From a virus: a stretch of DNA of 64,000 nucleotides. This document shows positions 35,801-44,792 of this stretch, piece after piece. Position 1 is the first letter of the stretch. Every line of letters starts with the position of its first letter. A program made the translations under genes and the position numbers. Location of the stretch: positions 1-64,000 of IMG/VR virus record IMGVR_UViG_3300036715_000213. One strand, 5' to 3'. The notes beneath the pieces were generated by a model. The model did not search any database. It worked only from the letters and a program-made list of their open reading frames with translations, and was not told the DNA's origin.

Positions 35801-36710
35801 ATTCATCTAAACACATCACTTTACGCGCATCAAAATATGATGGAGTGCCCTTAATAAGAGTAGTACCAGTGATTAGACCAAATCTGAATTTTGTAGTTAG
35901 CGTATTATTTTTAAATTTATCAGTGCTGACAGATTCAGTTTTTACTGCTAGATTATCACTATTGATCAACGGATCAAAGTCAGCCATTGTTTTGTTCTTA
36001 CTCAAGAACGTGGTAACTGCTTTATGTGTTGGATTGCTTGGAGACACATAACCAGTAGTTTCACTTAATTTGAAATTAGCTGGTGAATTATCAGTAAATG
36101 CTATAAGCGCAGTTTGTGGAGCATCCCATACCTTTACTGAGTAAACTCGTGTGCTACATTGATTAATATAAACTGCGGGCCGGAATGATGTAATAGCACC
36201 AAAGTACGAATATACTAATTTAGTGTCAACACGAATTTCAATTGTTGGTTTTTTAGCAGCTATTCCACCTGTTGAATCCCAACGCATATTAATAACGCGC
36301 CGATCGGCAACTGTATTAAATTGTAGCAAATTTAGTGAATTTGGGATGTTTGCGTTTACTGCATTACCAGCCCATGATGTGCCACCAGTCCAAGTCTGCA
36401 GAGTCCAGTTAAATGCATTATGTGTAAATGATACACCGTTAGAAACTGCGGCTGCACCAGTCACTAACCATAATCCAGCATATCCCCCAGCATTTTGTAA
36501 TGCAAGTATACCAATATCAATCTCAGCTTCTCCTGTTGAGTACAATGATGAAGAAGTGATATCCCAAAGATTTTGTGCTGCTGTAGAATTTGCTAAGTCG
36601 TAAGAAACACCCGCATTGTATGTTGCGGTTAGAGTCCCAGATTGTGCTCGAATTGTTGCAAAAGACCCACCTGGATCGGATGCGAAATTCTGATTAATTA
36701 TTAATGCCAT
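32895..36710 (-). CDS. virion protein with 4 LamG/ConA-like domains
   Basis: Four LamG repeats preceded by a RKV.CLD...G.Y.F.NL...Y.V.GYD....YN.VI module typical of phage tail proteins. Confidence 0.8.
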   Translation of the reverse strand: MALIINQNFASDPGGSFATIRAQSGTLTATYNAGVSYDLANSTAAQNLWDITSSSLYSTGEAEIDIGILALQNAGGYAGLWLVTGAAAVSNGVSFTHNAFNWTLQTWTGGTSWAGNAVNANIPNSLNLLQFNTVADRRVINMRWDSTGGIAAKKPTIEIRVDTKLVYSYFGAITSFRPAVYINQCSTRVYSVKVWDAPQTALIAFTDNSPANFKLSETTGYVSPSNPTHKAVTTFLSKNKTMADFDPLINSDNLAVKTESVSTDKFKNNTLTTKFRFGLITGTTLIKGTPSYFDARKVMCLDESTNTIVASAISAPVTGYYEFSNLNPYHRYTVLGYDYTGQYNSVIASNQLPYIPDILYLYASVTGNFTTIGISGVTATLDEYSYDTYFTSVSLAVNANGANNQTTIFDKSPVSKTFTTVSNAKISTTQSKFGGSSLTFDGSSYITTPNVSAFDLSAGGNFTVEAWINVPNASNHYGICGARANSSGSGWCFYIRNTGQLYTGGVIIGQSYVDRQLSIATIPTNTWVHVAFVKTASTYTAYINGVSDMSISFSAGLDYQSAQPFAVGALASAGELPFLGYIDDFRFTKGVARYTTTFTPPIEYANNMRVIADPYFKDNVSYLQDNGTANDISPVTKTPTIFGTVLNSLDGKFGNANYFSGAGCYVQYASHQDFNLGSDAFTIEWWERPSDAANRGRFHISNTVFTAGSPFVDGVAIGNDGTTGWLIYHNTTNVLISSNVPTANVWAHYALIRVGDTFTFYKNGVSIGTDSTFTGTLSGANTYLTIGAYYSTGFCYNGYMSDFRITKGIARYTANFTSYQAPSDFHQAVPSDTYFENVSLLLDCEGVNSGTSFKDASRYTKTIGTVGSPTTSTTITKFGTTSLASLSNDSGLTVPSNTDFDFGTGDFTIEFWFYRVTGLGNGTYMCKRAGGAGAGSFRLNYSNFQELQGPNTLMTWTTPTNDVWHHLAISRTSGTMYAFIDGIQVATTTSSYNLTSTYQLSIGRDDDGSGNFFGGYMDDIRITKGIGRYTTGFTLIDKLSPIIPSYNDIQFGTNSLLLKMNGTVNGTTFSDATAINTVTAIGNAKTTNLQARFDRSSLYCDGIGSYLSIPHNSLLSLTTGDFTIELWTWLDTQSATNMYIINKDGASGTAYPQYTIYITPAGLIQATVGGNNLSATGTTYASGVTMVPKRWYHIAVVNSGGTVSLYVNGALTTSAAKPTIVDNGRPLLVGYESGQPNSNNWNGYIDEVRISKTARYTAAFKPLITPFPTST

Positions 36711-38114
36711 TTAGTACCATGGACCAGTAATATCAAACGCCACACGGCTTGCTGGGTATGATACATAGCCAACCCCACCCTGTGCTGTGTAGGTTTGAAC
36801 ATACATAAATTTTCTACCGGCGAAGTTTGATACTGTATCAATAATAGCATGATCATATAACGGTTGGTTATTTGCTGAGAACATTATGCCCGGCATTGTC
36901 CCACGTAAACAGTTTCCAGTTACTCCAGGTGCTGTGCCAACTAGATAATACGGAAACAGAATAAAAGAATAATCAGAACCATTAACTGCTGGCACACCAG
37001 TTGCCGCCCCAGAAACGGCTTGTAGTGTAGTAATACCACTATACGATGTGAATGCGACATTATTATTTAGCCCAGGAGCAGCTCCTAGTGGATCACGTAA
37101 AGTAACTTTACCAGCAAAATTCAAATTTAGCGTTGAATATGTTTGATAATCAGCTGCATTATTGGGATAGCTAAAATTAGCTGTTTGATACATATCAGTT
37201 GCAGTCAAAACTGCATTATATGTATCTCCCGATTTATTACTAAGGAAATCGGTGAAAGTGTACATGACTTTACCGTAGGCTATGGTGCCAGCAATTGTGC
37301 CGTTTCCTGGACCATAATCGACAAACAAATAAAATCCGCGATCATCACCAACTAATGACCATGCTCGATTACCAGAAGTCTCAGCATTTACTGACCCAAC
37401 CGCTGATGCTTGTGCCATAAATCCTGCATTGGTAGATGGAATGCCTGTAGTATAGTACCAAATGCTAGTAAACCATTTATACCAACCATTAACCGCAGTC
37501 GCACCAGATCCTGTTCCTACTCTGTTTTTAGTTGGTAAATTAGGATCAAAAGGTGCTGGCGTACCAACTGGAGTATCAATATCGGAATATGACGATGCCA
37601 TTTCTACCTTACCGAATTTAGCATAGGTTGTAGTCCATACCGCATCCAGAGAATTATCAATACGTAGACAAATGCCAGTGCTCGCTGGATTGTTTGATTT
37701 AAATACTCGCTTATTAGTACCAGTGAATAATGTTGTGAAACCATAACCGTTGGATGCAGTTTGCAAACCTGGAGTCTTCATTAATATTGTTCCGGTTGCT
37801 GGACTAGTCGGGTTGTTTAAAATATCAAAAGTAACAGTAGTGGATGTTATTGACTTCACACGGAAATCACCATTAAAGTCAGCTTGAGCAGCGCCCGAAA
37901 TATTGATAATTTGATCAACTAGGAATCCGTGCCCTGCTGCTAGAGTTGCGATTGCGACGTTACTAGTTTGAGTAAGAGTAGTTACTGTTTGGCTGTTAAA
38001 TCCATTGATTAAAACTGCGTCCAGGAATGTAGTTAGCGAGCCCCATGCTGCTGTGATTGTTGGCGCATTCTTCATTAAAGAATGCGACCATTTTACGGGA
38101 AGAAATTGACCCAT
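36711..38114 (-). CDS. virion structural protein, paralog 3
   Basis: PVKW..S.M..AP....G.L...LDAVL.NGFN, HG.....I.ISGA...NG.F.V, LR.DN, W.LVGDDRGFY, RG.MPG, AFDITGPW. Confidence 0.75.
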   Translation of the reverse strand: MGQFLPVKWSHSLMKNAPTITAAWGSLTTFLDAVLINGFNSQTVTTLTQTSNVAIATLAAGHGFLVDQIINISGAAQADFNGDFRVKSITSTTVTFDILNNPTSPATGTILMKTPGLQTASNGYGFTTLFTGTNKRVFKSNNPASTGICLRIDNSLDAVWTTTYAKFGKVEMASSYSDIDTPVGTPAPFDPNLPTKNRVGTGSGATAVNGWYKWFTSIWYYTTGIPSTNAGFMAQASAVGSVNAETSGNRAWSLVGDDRGFYLFVDYGPGNGTIAGTIAYGKVMYTFTDFLSNKSGDTYNAVLTATDMYQTANFSYPNNAADYQTYSTLNLNFAGKVTLRDPLGAAPGLNNNVAFTSYSGITTLQAVSGAATGVPAVNGSDYSFILFPYYLVGTAPGVTGNCLRGTMPGIMFSANNQPLYDHAIIDTVSNFAGRKFMYVQTYTAQGGVGYVSYPASRVAFDITGPWY

Positions 38115-38117
38115 CTG

Positions 38118-39446
38118 TTACCACCATTTAAAGTTATTTGACGGATCGCCAGTTATATCAAATGCTATTCTTATAACGTTACCATTTTGTAACCAACCTA
38201 AAGACACGATAAAAAATGTACGACCAGCATACCCAGCAACATTTATAACAGTATCACGATTATTGAACGGACTATTGTTATTCATTATCCAAAATAGCCC
38301 AGGCATCATTCCGCGTATTGACCCACTACTACCGCCTCCAGAATCTTGTAACGTTACTGGAAAGAAATTTGCGCCGCCAGTAACTGGATCCGGATACGCC
38401 ATACCAGTTGCGTAGCCGGGTGTCTCCTGCGTCGCAAGGCCTTGGAATGTATTAAGAACCCCTTTACATGGAACTGTAGAAGTCACATCACGCATTATCC
38501 ATTTTCCACTTGTATCGTTTGACAAACAAAAATTAGAGTATGGATTTGGTCCACCAATACTACTATAACTCCATGTTCCAGAATTTGCTGCGATTTGAAG
38601 ATCGGTTGCTTGGAAGAACGTGTTATAAATGTCGTTAGTCCGAAATGATGGGAATTCTGTGAAAGCATAACCGGCTTTTCCGTATGAGAAGTTAAACTCT
38701 GTGAAGAAATAGAACCCGCGGTCATCACCAACAATAGTCCACGATCTATTACCTGAAGAAGGTGTTGTTGATTCTGAGTTATTTGATGCATCAGCACGAG
38801 CATAGTACCATTTGTGCCATCCAAGCTGGGCAGTAGCACCAGATCCGGATTGAATAGTTTGATTTGCGGCTAGTGAATTTGTAATTGATGTTGAGAACGG
38901 GATGTAATCAATACCTGTTGGTGTAAATCCATCTGGTTTGAAAGCAGGTGCTACCCCAACGCGCGCAAACTTTGCATATGTACCTGTCCATCCAGCATCA
39001 AGAGAATTGTCAACACGCAATTGTGGTTTTGTGCTACTTGAATTGGTACTACGATAGATACGGATGTTTGTTGCACTATATGTGATTTCAAATGTCAGCG
39101 GTGCTGTAATAGTATTTGGCGTTCCAGTAGCAAGAGTGGCTGGCAATCCGGTAACTGCAAATGTTAGTGTAGTAGATGTTGGTACTGATACTACACGTTG
39201 TTCACCGTTGTATTCAGTCTCATTACAGCCCGACACTTTGATAATTTGATCTTGCAGATAACCATGCGCTGTTGCGTATGTAGCAGTTGCAACAGATCCA
39301 GATCGAGAAATAGTAGTCGGATTGAGCGAATTAAATCCGTTAACAAGAACTGCATCAAGCATTGTTGTTAAAACGCCGTGAGCATCAGATAGCTGCGGCG
39401 CGCCCGCCATTCCAGAGTGGAAATATTTTACTGGATATGTTGCCAT
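38118..39446 (-). CDS. virion structural protein, paralog 2
   Basis: Same motif set as 36711-38114. Confidence 0.75.
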   Translation of the reverse strand: MATYPVKYFHSGMAGAPQLSDAHGVLTTMLDAVLVNGFNSLNPTTISRSGSVATATYATAHGYLQDQIIKVSGCNETEYNGEQRVVSVPTSTTLTFAVTGLPATLATGTPNTITAPLTFEITYSATNIRIYRSTNSSSTKPQLRVDNSLDAGWTGTYAKFARVGVAPAFKPDGFTPTGIDYIPFSTSITNSLAANQTIQSGSGATAQLGWHKWYYARADASNNSESTTPSSGNRSWTIVGDDRGFYFFTEFNFSYGKAGYAFTEFPSFRTNDIYNTFFQATDLQIAANSGTWSYSSIGGPNPYSNFCLSNDTSGKWIMRDVTSTVPCKGVLNTFQGLATQETPGYATGMAYPDPVTGGANFFPVTLQDSGGGSSGSIRGMMPGLFWIMNNNSPFNNRDTVINVAGYAGRTFFIVSLGWLQNGNVIRIAFDITGDPSNNFKWW

Positions 39447-39447
39447 C

Positions 39448-40776
39448 TTAGTACCAAGGTCCTGTTAAATCAAATGCCATATTGGCGCGTGCAATATAAT
39501 TGTTGGTACCGCTCGCACTTTGGCCCACTGCTGGTTGTACGTTCATATATAATCTTCCATCATTACCATACCATTGCATATGTTCGGGAATTGATGTATT
39601 TATGTTACCAATCATATATTTTATGCCGGGCATTTTTCCTCGGATAAAACCACTTGTGTTTTCAGAAATAAATAAATCAGCAATCATGAAATTATTGTCA
39701 ATCTTACTTGGGAATGTCACATTAGTCTGGTATCCGCTAATTGGCCAAAGCGTGCCTGGATTAAATGCTAATGTATCAATACTTTGGAACGATACTTGAA
39801 TTGGTAAACCAGTGTTGGTATAATCTTTCATGACTATTTTACCCGAGCCAGTTGCCTTTAATGTATGCATCCAGCAACCTGAATCAGTTTGATTGTATGC
39901 GCCGATATTCGCATTTGCAGCCGCATATCGTTCAGTTGCACATAGAATGCTGTTGTATTTGTCGCTACCCTTGAAGCTGATAAAGTCAGTAAAACAGTAT
40001 CCGCCCTTACCTATGTTTTGCTGAAACTCATTCATCAAGTAGAAGCCACGACTATCACCGATGATTGTCCATTGTTTAGCAGATGTTTGATTACCTAGAG
40101 ATTCTGTTGTATTGCTACCGCTGTTCCATGCTAACCAAGAGTAATACCATTTATACCAACCGTTAACTACCGTTGCACCAGATCCACTTGACACCCAATT
40201 CTTTGTTGGGCTGATAATATCAAACGGCATTTGATTTCCAGTGAATGTGTCAATATCAGTCATTGTATCAGCAACGCCGACTTTAGCATACTTACCGTAA
40301 GCACTTGAATAGTTTGCGTCAAGAGCATCATCAACACGCAGATATTGTTGAGTACCTGCTATATCAGAACTACGGTAAACACGCTTGTTTGTTCCACTGA
40401 AAGCAATAGTAAATCCAAGTCCGGGAGTTTTCATCGTCAGAGTGCCAGTAGCAGCTAACATACCAGCTGGATTTGCTACTAGAGTAACTGTAAACAGATT
40501 TGTAGTTGATGTGCTAGTAACACGGAACTGACCAACATAAGCATCATCAGAAGCGCCTATCAACTCAACTACTTGGTTAATTTGCATACCATGACTAGTA
40601 GCAGTAACTACTGCACTTAATGGTCCTTGCATCACAATACTAGTTACTGATAGAGTATTGAAACCGTTAACCAAAACTGAATCAAGTGCGTTTACCAAAT
40701 CGCCATTGCTGTTATTGATAACAGGCGAACCTTGCATTGTATTATTGTACCATTTGACTGGAAGTGTAGTAGGCAT
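39448..40776 (-). CDS. virion structural protein, paralog 1
   Basis: Same motif set as 36711-38114. Confidence 0.75.
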   Translation of the reverse strand: MPTTLPVKWYNNTMQGSPVINNSNGDLVNALDSVLVNGFNTLSVTSIVMQGPLSAVVTATSHGMQINQVVELIGASDDAYVGQFRVTSTSTTNLFTVTLVANPAGMLAATGTLTMKTPGLGFTIAFSGTNKRVYRSSDIAGTQQYLRVDDALDANYSSAYGKYAKVGVADTMTDIDTFTGNQMPFDIISPTKNWVSSGSGATVVNGWYKWYYSWLAWNSGSNTTESLGNQTSAKQWTIIGDSRGFYLMNEFQQNIGKGGYCFTDFISFKGSDKYNSILCATERYAAANANIGAYNQTDSGCWMHTLKATGSGKIVMKDYTNTGLPIQVSFQSIDTLAFNPGTLWPISGYQTNVTFPSKIDNNFMIADLFISENTSGFIRGKMPGIKYMIGNINTSIPEHMQWYGNDGRLYMNVQPAVGQSASGTNNYIARANMAFDLTGPWY

Positions 40777-41361
40777 TTAAATTAACTCTATTTGTAAGCG
40801 AAGTCCCTGACTTGGTCCAACTCGCTGTAATTGTCTTTTGCTATTACCAACAAAGTACTCAATATCATATCGATCACGTTGACGACGGTAATACACTCTA
40901 TTATTTAACGTATAGACAAACATAACATCCGAGTTTTGATTATAAAAATCACGACTATCATCAACACAGACTCGGCATGCTGTTGCTCCAGGAAAAGAAC
41001 GAGTAATGAAGTTCTGCGTCAGTGTATCACGATAATACATGTAACATCCGTCATCTTTCTTCCAAGCGATAACCTGACTCATGTTATTGTCAAACGCACA
41101 TGACACTGATCGAACGTCGTTTTCAGAACGGGTCCACACGATGTCACCATCAGCAGGCTTCAAACGGATTACATTATCTACATACGAAACATTCCATAGC
41201 TTGAACATACGACCGCGAGAGCCATCACCCAAATTTATTCCACCGAGAATGTTCTGCGAATACGGAGTGTATTTCTCATTGTATGGAGCAAGGAATGTAC
41301 TTGGGACTGGGACATCAGTCCACTCATGCGTACCACTTCCATCAACATGTTGTGGAATCAA
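40777..41361 (-). CDS. virion structural protein (siphophage-type)
   Basis: GG..L.D.S.G.....W, S.AFD.NM, DD.R, YR.QRDRY.IEY motifs recalled from tail modules of Pseudomonas/Xanthomonas siphophages. Confidence 0.65.
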   Translation of the reverse strand: MIPQHVDGSGTHEWTDVPVPSTFLAPYNEKYTPYSQNILGGINLGDGSRGRMFKLWNVSYVDNVIRLKPADGDIVWTRSENDVRSVSCAFDNNMSQVIAWKKDDGCYMYYRDTLTQNFITRSFPGATACRVCVDDSRDFYNQNSDVMFVYTLNNRVYYRRQRDRYDIEYFVGNSKRQLQRVGPSQGLRLQIELI

Positions 41362-42317
41362 ATTCTACCCCATGAAATGCGAGTTGTTAGTGAAAGTACA
41401 TTTGTCGTATCCTTCGGAATAGCACGATCCAGAACAATTTGATATGCAAACACCGCAGTACTCTGACCCCATGATGCACGAATAGCTGCAATACCACCAG
41501 TAGAATTCGCTAGTTGAATACCAAATGTCCATGTTGCATCAATGTAATAAGATCCACCAACATATGTGCCGTTACCAGCAGATCCATATGAGCTACCTTG
41601 ACTCCACCCGGACCCGGTTTGTGTGCCGCTTGGTCCACTTGCTGATACGTCTTGAATAGTTGGATATGATGGGGATGCTCCGTAGAAGCTCATACCCCAT
41701 GGACCTAACCAACCATAGTAAAACGCTAAAGTCGATGCACCAAAACTGGCTGCGGAACATAATTTGGATGTGTAGTTATACGATGTACCGTTAATTGAGA
41801 ACGAACCATATGATTCAGTTAGATTTGGAATTACCTTCACACGATAGTAGACAGTCAACTGGTCAATTGCAATTAGTGTAATGGAAATAGGATTACCAAA
41901 TGTGTCAGTAATTAAAGCTCGAGAAAATAAATTACCCGCTGCGGCTGCCCATCCAACACCAATCTCAGATATGTTACCAACAACCGCACCTTGGGTAAAC
42001 GTCCATGCAAAAGTGTAGATACACGAATAACCATCTGCAGCTCCCTGATTAACTGCTGATGTAGCCGAGCTATTGCCAGCAGTTGACGATACAAGTTGCG
42101 CATCTAATGCTGTTTGTGTTTCAACAGGAGTGCTAACACCAGTACCTAATTTACAGTAAGAGAACACCTGTCCACCAGCAGTATAGAGTGCATCTAATCC
42201 TTGGTTAAGAACAAGGTTGTCAAACCATCCAGTCTCCTGAACTACTTTCTCGCCGCGTCGTATAACGAGTTTATACTCGCCAGCGACTTTGTTGTGCATT
42301 TGTAAATTGATTGTCAT
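41358..42317 (-). CDS. virion structural protein (tail-collar-like fold, siphophage-type)
   Basis: WFDNL.LNQGLD, GTG.S.P...QT.L, GN.SE.GVG, LFSRALI.D..G.P..IT....DQL.V.Y, IPK.....L......SWGR. Confidence 0.7.
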   Translation of the reverse strand: MTINLQMHNKVAGEYKLVIRRGEKVVQETGWFDNLVLNQGLDALYTAGGQVFSYCKLGTGVSTPVETQTALDAQLVSSTAGNSSATSAVNQGAADGYSCIYTFAWTFTQGAVVGNISEIGVGWAAAAGNLFSRALITDTFGNPISITLIAIDQLTVYYRVKVIPNLTESYGSFSINGTSYNYTSKLCSAASFGASTLAFYYGWLGPWGMSFYGASPSYPTIQDVSASGPSGTQTGSGWSQGSSYGSAGNGTYVGGSYYIDATWTFGIQLANSTGGIAAIRASWGQSTAVFAYQIVLDRAIPKDTTNVLSLTTRISWGRI

Positions 42318-42775
42318 GTTAGAGTTCCTGAAATAATACCCACCCCGCCCAATTCATATTGCTCGATAGGTGTTGTATTTGTTACATAATTTATGGTTAC
42401 TGTTAAAGTGCCGCTGAGAATATGTGGATGTCGCGCTTCCCATTCTTCCGGTGGGTTGTGATCAATTGTCTTATACGCGATGACTGTTTGTAGAGTACCG
42501 CTTAAGATTCGACTATCTCCACGACCAACCTCCTCTGGGGGTTGGTGGTCATATACTGGATAACGAATTACCTCAGTCAATGTCCCGGAAATAATATGGG
42601 GATGTCGGGCCTCATATTCATCTTCGGGTTGAGTCATATCTATTCCGTGAGTAATTCCCGGCGGATTTTGACGGATTGACTCATCGTATGCATGGGGGTA
42701 TAAATTGCTCGTGAAGAACTGGGGTCTATGTTCTCGAGAACAGATAACTCCAATTGTTGCAACTGCATTCATCAT
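42314..42775 (-). CDS. repeat-containing virion protein
   Basis: TS.LYP start; four ~28-aa repeats ending I(I/L)SGTL. Confidence 0.7.
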   Translation of the reverse strand: MMNAVATIGVICSREHRPQFFTSNLYPHAYDESIRQNPPGITHGIDMTQPEDEYEARHPHIISGTLTEVIRYPVYDHQPPEEVGRGDSRILSGTLQTVIAYKTIDHNPPEEWEARHPHILSGTLTVTINYVTNTTPIEQYELGGVGIISGTLT

Positions 42776-42797
42776 ACAACGATACTCCCCTGTCGTA

Positions 42798-42805
42798 TAT
42801 TTATG
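42798..42805 (-). promoter_or_regulatory. late promoter CATAAATA driving the fibre island
   Basis: Consensus match followed by a GGGGAG SD. Confidence 0.6.
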
Positions 42806-43454
42806 TCGCGATTGCTAAATTGCCTTCGAGTTCCCAGTAGTCAGGACCTGTTTTGATTGCAGTGACTTTACCATAACGGCGAGCGATATCGAAAGTATCG
42901 GGAGACACTAGAGTCACTCCAGGTTTGGCTGCAACCGTTACAATTCCATCAGTACTACCGTTCCATGATACTAGAATTGCGCTACCAATTGGTAACTTTA
43001 CGTCAGCTTGCATTGGTAGCCAAACTGTTACAAAATCATTAGCAAAACTACGGATTAGAGTATTGTACGAATCCTCTTCAACTAAAGTATAATCTTCAGT
43101 AATGTCTTTGATTTGGATGAAGCGATTCGCAATGATTGCTCGAGCCCATTCCAGTTCCTCAGCCCAGCTGATAAGACCGTCTTGGAGGACTTTAAAGTTT
43201 GCATCAATCTCTTCATTAGTTAGAGTTGTACCTTTTACTGAGCTAAATTTGGGAATTTGTGGAAGCCATGTTTCACGATATGTGATTGGGAGGACGTCGG
43301 AGATTTTAACACCATCCCAGCCGACCGGAAAGTGCCAGGTTTGTCCTGTAGCTTGATTACCAGTGATGGCAGTTGTCTGGTTCTTAATTGTACAGAAGGA
43401 TCCAGGAGCCGCTCGGAACCAGTTACCTTGTACGGATAACGTTACATTTGCCAT
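42801..43454 (-). CDS. short fibre/adaptor protein
   Basis: KGT.LTN.EIDANF anchor motif; C-terminal YTL...D...V.LP....P.G...W.L.GNL beta domain. Confidence 0.7.
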   Translation of the reverse strand: MANVTLSVQGNWFRAAPGSFCTIKNQTTAITGNQATGQTWHFPVGWDGVKISDVLPITYRETWLPQIPKFSSVKGTTLTNEEIDANFKVLQDGLISWAEELEWARAIIANRFIQIKDITEDYTLVEEDSYNTLIRSFANDFVTVWLPMQADVKLPIGSAILVSWNGSTDGIVTVAAKPGVTLVSPDTFDIARRYGKVTAIKTGPDYWELEGNLAIAT

Positions 43455-43457
43455 TTA

Positions 43458-44204
43458 TCATCCCATAATAAAATCAAGGGGCGATAGTTTACCCATGATT
43501 TCGTTTTCAATATCTTCAGCCTCTTGTTTTCCTTCTTCGTACAATGCTTGTCCGTCTAGTGTTACACCACCGGGCAATGTAATACCACCGAATTTCTTGA
43601 TGTTGCCACCCCATTGACGTTTTAGCAATGCAGTAACATAGTGTTTTAGATTGTTGTCGTTCCAGAACTTTGTCGCATCATCTGGATCCAACGCTCTATA
43701 GCAATCAATGAGAATGTACTCGCCCTCAGCAATTTTAGCATTCCAGTTTTGATCGATGTACAATTTGCTAGTTAGCTTGTTCCAACGGAATTGCTTTTGA
43801 GTGTTTAAAATCTGATCAAGCAAATCTAAATGCATCATTGATTGTACATAGTATATCATTGATGTAGATGTCAAATCTCGGAGATCGTTCATACGCAATT
43901 GATACTGGACGTCAAAAATATTAGCATCAGAATTAGCTTGTGTTCCAGTAGTTGGGAATACACGATTTACACCAAAAATTAAATCCGGAAGTGTGATGTA
44001 TTTGTTAGTGATATCAGTAGCGGTTACTAAATGCTTTAGGTACACGCGCTCAATACCATCCCAATAGTAATCGCGGAAATATGCGATTGCATCGTCAACT
44101 ACATCGTCAGCTTGTTCATCAGTGATATTGATTTCAACAAGAGGTGCTCCAAGTTTACGGTAGCAATATTGAATTAGTTCGTCGCGACTTGTAACATTAG
44201 CCAT
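43458..44204 (-). CDS. gp13: neck protein
   Basis: SR.EL..YC.R.LG.P..EIN, YQLR.ND, Y.TAL.KRQWG.N..KF.G..LPGGVTL.G. Confidence 0.96.
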   Translation of the reverse strand: MANVTSRDELIQYCYRKLGAPLVEINITDEQADDVVDDAIAYFRDYYWDGIERVYLKHLVTATDITNKYITLPDLIFGVNRVFPTTGTQANSDANIFDVQYQLRMNDLRDLTSTSMIYYVQSMMHLDLLDQILNTQKQFRWNKLTSKLYIDQNWNAKIAEGEYILIDCYRALDPDDATKFWNDNNLKHYVTALLKRQWGGNIKKFGGITLPGGVTLDGQALYEEGKQEAEDIENEIMGKLSPLDFIMG

Positions 44205-44611
44205 TATTCTTCTCCAGAATTTACACTCAACGTTTTGTTCAGTGCTTCAAGAACTCGGTAGTTCTTTACTGTACATAATTCACACAATATTAGATTCTCA
44301 TGGTGTGCTGTAATGCCAACCATACGTGCTTCCATCTCGGAAAGCTTTTTGAGCAACTCAGTGATTTGTACCGATTGGGCAACATAAGCAGCTTCCATCG
44401 TAGATAAACGCTCACGTACTGCCTTAATTTCTTTGGCTTGTTCTTCGTAAGTATTGGACTGGATGTTATCGGCGGTGACTGATTTATGTGCTTTTGCTGA
44501 CTCGACGCGTTCCCGACGCATCCACCATCCAATAGATGTGGCGATTACAGCAATACCAGCAATTATTGTCCCACCAGTCTCCCCAAGTTCATTAATAAAA
44601 CTAGCTAGCAT
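44204..44611 (-). CDS. N-terminal TM + coiled-coil protein (possible lysis accessory)
   Basis: IIAGIAVIATSIGWW TM helix followed by a heptad coiled coil. Confidence 0.6.
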   Translation of the reverse strand: MLASFINELGETGGTIIAGIAVIATSIGWWMRRERVESAKAHKSVTADNIQSNTYEEQAKEIKAVRERLSTMEAAYVAQSVQITELLKKLSEMEARMVGITAHHENLILCELCTVKNYRVLEALNKTLSVNSGEE

Positions 44612-44776
44612 TGTCTTCCCATTCGCGATGTGTTAGATATCTTATTAGTAACCATAGTGAAATCATTGCCCAATATAGGTGAACCCAATTGAAAAGTCTA
44701 AAAAGCCCTTGACTGTAGTGGTAGCACCTGGAACTATTGGGGTAGTTGACTGACGGTATGATATTTGTGTTGGCAT
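44601..44776 (-). pseudogene. chimeric deletion remnant: fibre-gene 5' end joined to a membrane-protein 3' end
   Basis: MPTQISYRQSTTPIVPGATTTVKG matches the start of the 435-aa fibre. The -1 frame then reads LFRLFNWVHLYWAMISLWLLIRYLTHREWEDNAS*. Confidence 0.6.
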
Positions 44777-44780
44777 ACCG

Positions 44781-44788
44781 TATTTATA
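44781..44788 (-). promoter_or_regulatory. late promoter TATAAATA
   Basis: Exact T4 late consensus. Confidence 0.8.
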
Positions 44789-44792
44789 TCAA

